A stretch of DNA of 54,426 nucleotides, filler included, from Sphacelaria rigidula (taxonomy: Eukaryota), in the NCBI GenBank assembly GCA_964200075.2. It is 4 parts of 4 records of this genome, joined end to end, with 100 filler letters (N's around TTAATTAATTAA, not from the genome) between each part and the next. Parts side by side here need not be neighbours in the genome. Positions count along the whole stretch, not along the records: positions 40,898 to 54,426 come from CAXNAA020002827.1; 3 more parts are not named here. The stretch is one strand, 5' to 3'. The position numbers were made by a program, and so were the translations under genes. Position 1 is the first letter of the stretch; each line of letters opens with the position of its first letter. Positions 47,923-54,426 of this stretch are shown one piece after another. Under the pieces are notes generated by a model. That model worked only from the letters and a program-made list of their open reading frames with translations. It did no database searches and was not told the origin of the DNA.

Positions 47923-50900
47923 CCTTCAAACCCAACAGCGATTCAGACTTACGACGCACGAATAAAACCTACAGCGAATAAAACCGCCACCCGTTGTCGG
48001 TCTTCTGCTCCACAACACAGGACTCGATGGATACGGCCGTCGCAGGGCAACAAATCTTCATCAATCCGACGTTAACTCCACCTACCAATCAAATGTCTTC
48101 GGGATCGCAGCGGCCAGGATCACCACTGCGACTCGGTCATACTCCATCCCACGCTTGCGTCCTCCCTCTTTACCAATGGGTTTCTCTGGGCAATGGAGAG
48201 TTGAAGGAGCTAGACTGGGCTATTCAGAATCGATCTGTCTGTCACCCGTCCGAAGCGAACAGGGTCGGGCTGGATGCAGTCGAAGTCCGGATGGACCAGA
48301 GAGCTCGCCTGCTGCGCTCCAATTTATGTAATATTCTCACCGCTGCGGGGCTGAGAGAGATCCATAGCAGGTGAGGGATAACGCAGCGGCTTCGATGATA
48401 CGTGCTGCACACCGTTCACTGTATATTAAGTTCACTGGCGTCTCAACCGTCGTCCACGAAAGACGATTCACAAGTTGGGATGCCTAAAGAGAAGACGGCT
48501 TGACATCGACCACTTCACGTTTGGTAAAGTAATGGCTAACAGTGTACCTCAAGGTATTTCTGCGTGAACTGGCAGAGCGGTCCCGGTAGAGTTCGCGCCG
48601 CCGTTGGAGCGTAGGTTTGTCTCGTGAATGAGGTTTGGGGTATTTATACGAATACATGTATTAGAATAGAAGCTGGTTGGCACCCCCCCCGCGAATGCCT
48701 ATGAGAGCGTATGCACCAATTCACCTGCAAGCAGTTTCTATCTGCGCATGCATCCTGCTGTAAACTAGTGTACCAACTCCATGCACCACGTCAGGTGCGG
48801 GTGGTCTGTAGAAGAGAGGTACGCTTCTTCTTCGGGAGGGGGGTTCGGACATGACACCGTTGCGTCTGGCCAGATTTCAGTCGTCGGTCGGTGGGAAGGC
48901 GGAGACAGTGGTGCACACGTCCAGGAGGGATTCGGTTCATTGGAGGGCGCGAAAGAAGAGAGAAGTATTCGAGCAAGGGATCGACGTGGTCGCAAGAGAG
49001 ATAGGCAGGCCGTAAGAGCCGCCCGTGATGCTGTGTTGCGGCAAAATCAAAAGGTATCATTTTCACGGTTGAGACTAGATTTCGGGAATATTTTAGGGTC
49101 GGGGCTACGCAGTGTTACTTTAGGCACACGACACGCAAACATCCAGGCGCATATCTCCACGTTCGGGCGGTGCGGCAAACTCAGAAGGCATTAATGTCAG
49201 CCATCAGGGTTGGTGTTGGGGATGTGACGAATACAACTTATGGGAATCGGGATCAAGTGGTTAAAGATGTTGTATGTGGGGGAGTAGCGCTGTAAGCGCG
49301 ACTACCGCGAACGCCTCCGCAGGGTCGTCCTCGAGCGATTACATATTTCCCGGAATCTTTTCTCTACGTTTCAGACTCATGATGGCTCGCGTTCTCGCAA
49401 AGACAACAAACCGTTCCGCTACGTCAAGATAGACTGTTGACCTGTAATATACAGGGTTTGCAACATCATTCTCGTGGGGGCAGCCGGGTCTATGATCTTA
49501 CTCCCTCCGTCGGTGAAACAATTCTTGTTTGATGGCAGTTGATCCAAACCGAGGCAAACGTCCGCACCCGACAGCAAGCGACCGCCGCAACAAACGCCGC
49601 AAACAACGATGGTGCTTCACCCTGGCGTGGTTTTTATGGCGTGAACGCGACCAGCTCAGCATGTCGCTTCACCCACGTGCAGCAAGGCGAGTGTGGTGCG
49701 TTCCTCATCTTACGGTCTGTTTGTTGGGTTTAGAGTACCATACTCCAAGCATCGTCGGAGAGGATGTTTCTGTATAGCATGGGGGCGAGGATGCTACGCT
49801 CAAACCAATAGTGAACTAGTAACTGTGATCGACCTGCCTACGGTGTAATTTGAGCTGCACCCGTAATCTCAGGGTGCACTTGTATGCGTCATGAGATTCT
49901 ACTTTGCTTCCTTTGGCAAGATGGTCACTACTATCAACGGAATACCGAAAAAATGACGTCATCATCATCTGGACAAGCGTAGAGTCTATAAAGTATTGGA
50001 CATGGCCGGCGGCCACCAAGTTTGCATTTTCGAACTCACTGAGTCATGCAAAGGGCACCGCAAAAGTGATTTTTCCTTGTGTAAGTGTACGCGTGCTTGT
50101 AACTCTGCCCGTGTCAGGTGCAGAGGCCACCCGGCAAACCTCGTCCTCTGCGTACGAGGACTCGGGCATTAACAGTGCCTGCGTCGGCCGGGGCGTAGAA
50201 GCGGGGTCGGCGGGAGGGAAGGGAGGAGGTGACCGATACAAGCTGCGCATCCAGATGAACATCGAGCGAAAACGGGCATGCTTGTTTGAGAACATTCAAA
50301 CACTTCCATACGCGTGAGGCAATGGGTTCGAAATTAATGCAGATGGGGACTGCAGTGGGTCGCGACTGCACTTCGATGTCGTGACACGACGTCTTCCGAG
50401 ACAACGCAGATGCTATTTGATATCGTCATACCTGGTTCTCCGACGCGACACCGCACTAGTTTCGAATCACAAGAGTCTAGCATAAGTAGATATCAAGTCA
50501 AAGTTGAGAACAACATTGCATGGTAAAAACGTCGAATACCACACCCGGGCGACATCGCACTACGGCGTTCGAAGGTAAGGAGCAAAGCAATAAGCTGAAC
50601 TGAGGGGCAGCCTGTATTTACTGACTGCTGACAATGTTGCGCACAAAACACAAAATGTCGTGTATCCATGTCTACAAATATCTATAGCTCAGGTGCGATG
50701 AACTACAGAAATAAGGCTAACATTCACATATTCCATTCAAGGTCGTACCCGGACTCTCTTCACCGAGGCAGGGTTGCATCATTTATCCTGATATCGTACT
50801 TTACAGTTGGCAGAATTTCCATTGTCTCACAGCTGAACGAACATAGTATTTTCTTCGTTTTAATGATGTGAGCAGCAATCGACCCGGAGTTTTGTCAGAC

Positions 50901-52695
50901 GACGATAGCCCTTGTTGGAACGGTGCGGAATTATTCTTCCGGCGGGCAGGACCACCTCAACGTATTCCTCATCAGGACTGATAAAGATGAAATATGTGCC
51001 GTGTCGATGGTATATTCTGCAGAGAACTAGGTGTCGCTTTCCATACACCCTAGCGAGGTCAAGCGAATTACAATATAGACTGAAGCAAGATATGTCAAAC
51101 CTCGTTTGTACCCACAGTACACCGCACGCTGCTCGTAATTCAATACAGTAGGAGTAATGTCGGCCATTGCCACCAAATACCATCTTCCTGTAGTTGTTGG
51201 ACATTGAAGGCAAAGATCCATGATATCGTCCCGACGACATTTTTTTGTGCCCAAACGAAACTCCATTGCCGCCGTACACTTGCAGTTAGGTGGTGCAAAC
51301 ACCAACGACACTAACTCCGAACGATTTGCCGCCCGTTCGCAACATTCCAATGCACAGAAACGCAAAAGGTGGTCGTAAGAAAAGACAGGGGCACGGCGAC
51401 GGAGCGAGTGCAAATCTTGCGATCGAGCGTCCCACCACTCTGCGTTCCCTCGTATATCTACACGGCAAGCCCGAATCCTCGTTTTTCGCAAAAGCGCGCA
51501 CGTGCACCATCACGGCGGCATCGAGGGCCACAGTGTCTGCTCCTGTGCCTGCAAGTCGTCCTACGGCTGACCCGACTTCCTCAACAGAGGACAGCAGCGA
51601 TAGCACATCGGTAATTTGTTCGTTTTCCTGTCCCTCCTCAGCAGCAGTACTGAAGCATGCTGGTCGTAAGGCGCCTCCCGTAGTTGGAAGAGCGGCTGTG
51701 CAACACCGCGCGGGAGGGGAGGCGGTCACCATCGCTAGCACCAGTAAACCTTGTTCTGCGACAGCATCATTGGACGGTAAAGACAGAGGTAGCATTGAGA
51801 GAGCTAGCTATTTTTTTGACGATGAGTCATCTTCAAAACGTGCCGAAGTTGATTCTAACATGGGTAGCGTCCCTGTCCCGAAGCCTTGTGTGAGCGGAGT
51901 CAAACCTAGTCGAGGAATCTCGACAGCCCCTTGTGGTAGCGGTGGTACGTGGAGAAGTGGACGTGATGAGGGAGTGGACTTTCTACCGGGACGTGCTCCC
52001 GCGTCTTCCTGTCGTCTTGATGGGGAATTGGTGCTTTTGGACGGCATGCTACACGATCCTCGAGTGAAGGCGTGGGTAGAACAGTCACTAGGTCTCCCCA
52101 CAGCAAACAAGAAGCGACTACCGCAGAGCCGACATACATGCAACACTGAGTAAATACATTTGGGTGACGTATGATGAAACGAAATTGTCAGTCGCGTCAA
52201 AGTACAGGACTACCCCGCCGAAAAAATGTTGTGTGTACTTACCGGCCCCACGTAAAGGTTTGTACGCTTACAATACGGTGAGGAATATTAGCTCTCATCG
52301 GCGAACAGCGCTGACAGCGTCTTTTCTTTGGGCAACGGGTTTTAATTGTGGTGTGCATATCGGTGTCGTAGGGCGAATACTCATACATTGCTCGCCATAT
52401 ACCTGTGGAGCATTGAAAAATATGTGGCTATATCTGAATGCAAGAGATGCAGAGGTTAGTGTTTGATTGTTCTGCAACACGGGGCTTGCTCAAACTGTGT
52501 CAACTGACAAGTGAACTAGAGTGGACCCCACTGTCTTGGTAACAGTAACGTCGCAGAGAGTGCACAGTAAGTCTCAAGATACCATCGATGCGCAAAAAAG
52601 GAAAGAAGCTGTTTGTTTTCACAGGTGCTTTTGTGGCCAACATACACAGAAAAAAAACAATCCCAAAAAACTGAGGCGAAGAAAGGTGTTACACA

Positions 52696-53359
52696 GGCAA
52701 TGCGCCTGCTGGACGTCTTTGACGGGGATGAAATTGTCAAATTTAGAGACTGGCATTCTAAATTGCGAGTGCTGCTGAGCCTGCATATACCGGACGTGCT
52801 ATCACTGGTCAATGGTAAGCTGCCTCCTACTGATAATGCTTCTGCCGCAGAAAAACGAGCTTGGGCAAAGGCTCAGGCAGAGCTGGTTTCTTTACTTTAC
52901 CTTACAACATCAGGGGCCGCGCAGTCTGTTATTCTCAATTCGAGCAAGTTTACGAGTCCGACAGTGTTGGAGATACCACTGTTATTACGACGATCCCAAG
53001 AGATGGGCATGCAGCATGGAAGGCCCTAGAAGCGAAATATTTTGGTCGAACGAAGGAAGCGATCCATACTACTACTCGCTCTCCAATGTCACGTCGCATG
53101 AAGCATGAGACAGACCCTCGAATTTACTTCCGAGAACCGGGCACTTATCGGAATCGCCTGCGCGTCCTCGGCGATCCGATGTCCAACATTTGATACCAAG
53201 ACGTCATTATCCAGGGCATATCTGCCGAGTATGCAGGCATAATCCAACATTTATATGTCGACGAGAATTTTGGGCTGGAGAAATTTCGAGTCTCAGTCAT
53301 ACGCTACTATGTTGACCATGTGGCTCGCTTGGGTTCTCGTTCGTCCATTGCTATGTTCA
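52696..53359 (+). mobile_element. Ty1/Copia gag remnant (Retrotran_gag_2/UBN2-like), frameshifted and truncated by a second insertion
   Basis: FDGDEIVKFRDWHSKLRVLLSLH..AWAKAQAELVSLLYLTTSGAAQSVI / DGHAAWKALEAKY..MKHETDPRIYF..RNRLRVLGDPMS.*YQDVIIQGISAEY. Confidence 0.8.
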
Positions 53360-53614
53360 TGTGAACAGGTACACTGAGTGAACATGCACATGTGCGGATA
53401 GATTCATGCGGACGTGCGGGTACTGGTAGTCGAGTGAGTGTGACTACAGTACCCCGCTCATCGCAGCTGCCACGCTGCCTGCTGAGCACACTCAACATCT
53501 GATCCCTCAGTCATAGGGTCGACTCAGTCTAGGCACTCTCCAAAAAACAAAAGAAACACTATATATATATATATATATCCTTCGCCACGGGCCACGGAAT
53601 AGACTAGTGTTACA
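53360..53614 (+). mobile_element. Putative 5' LTR of a second LTR retrotransposon
   Basis: Starts TGTGAACA and ends TGTTACA (TG...CA with a short inverted repeat); contains a (TA)n tract; a gag-like ATG follows 15 nt later. Confidence 0.5.
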
Positions 53615-53628
53615 ACCGGTTGGGCAGA

Positions 53629-54360
53629 ATGGCGGAACAAGATGATAGGCCTGCTACAGTTAGGGATGAGCAGGGTGTTACTGAGGAGTTACGAGAAATG
53701 CGTAGTTAGATCAGTTCCTTGACTCAGCTCATGCGTGATATGCAGCTAAGCCAAGCTACATTACAGAGTAACATGGACAATATGAGGTTAGAAAGAGAGG
53801 CCGGGGGCGCAGAAAACAACGGCGTCCTCGATAGTGAAGGTTCCCATAGTCAACAGGGGGAATTCAACATAAATAGAACAGCGGAGCGACGTGGTGCTGG
53901 AGTTCGAAGGGAGCGACGGTAAATTGGAAGTCAAGCTGTTCCAGAGGACGGAGCGCGCAACGCAATGGACAACGAGGCCACCAGTGACGAAGCTAGGGGC
54001 TTTGTCCCCGCACGTGAGTCAATCCAAATAAACGATACAAGTGGAAATGTGTCAGGGGTTCCCGATTTTCGACAGAACGTCCCAAACTTTCCAGGGAAGA
54101 GCGCTGATCATGCTCGGTACAGGCACGAACTGGTCAAAGGAGTTGGTTGGGTGTTCACCATGGCCGGCGATAGGTCTTACGATGTAGACGTCGGTAACCC
54201 TGAAATAGAAATGGGGTATCTAGAGAGCAGACATGGGAAGGACACAGTGGCAGCCAACGTAAGGGCCAGACGAATGCTTGTAGCTAGTTTAGAAGGAAGG
54301 AGGGAGCAAGATATTTTGCTTAGAATCCACTCACCTGCTGAGTCATCCCGCGATAGGGGT
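53629..54360 (+). pseudogene. Decayed gag-like ORF of the second LTR element
   Basis: MAEQDDRPATVRDEQGVTEELREMRS*ISSLTQLMRDMQ... then VPNFPGKSADHARYR..DVDVGNPEIEMGYLESRHG..ILLRIHSP; in-frame stops; Copia-gag-like by recollection. Confidence 0.55.
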
Positions 54361-54426
54361 GTACTCATGATCATGCATGCCATAGGCATCAGACCATTGA
54401 CCTCACATCCCTACAATGCCGGGACG

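Noticed and set aside
51290-52153. 287-aa ORF (and the 215-aa ORF at 44413-45060) as genes
   Set aside because: No recognisable domain, no supported exon chain, and they lie among decayed repeats; cannot be supported without homology or expression data.

Overview
Eukaryotic, intron-rich and transposon-rich genomic DNA, most likely from a brown alga (Phaeophyceae, Ectocarpus-like; inferred from short exons in long introns, the repeat families and the retrotransposon protein style). The window is not one locus. It is four contigs of near-identical, decreasing length (1-13533, 13634-27165, 27266-40797, 40898-54426) joined by artificial 100-nt N44-TTAATTAATTAA-N44 spacers. Contig 1 has a minus-strand gene with a 2.1-kb low-complexity exon and, divergently, the first two exons of an XPG/Rad2/ERCC5 nuclease, separated by nested foldback and MITE repeats. 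Contig 2 has six internal exons of eIF3a. One 7.2-kb eIF3a intron carries an intact non-autonomous hAT element and six sense-strand copies of a box C/D snoRNA-like sequence. Its guide CTTAGGACACCT is antisense to LSU rRNA AGGUGUCCUAAG and matches vertebrate U58/SNORD58 as I recall it; four copies form a tandem array with a period of about 0.53 kb. This is the most interesting signal in the window. Contig 3 has a decayed RTE-like LINE interrupted by a 110-bp palindromic MITE, a Copia fragment and a decayed chromodomain-bearing Ty3/Gypsy element. Contig 4 has foldback elements, a LINE tail, unidentified decayed ORFs and two nested Copia-like gag remnants. All calls were made by eye with no database searches.
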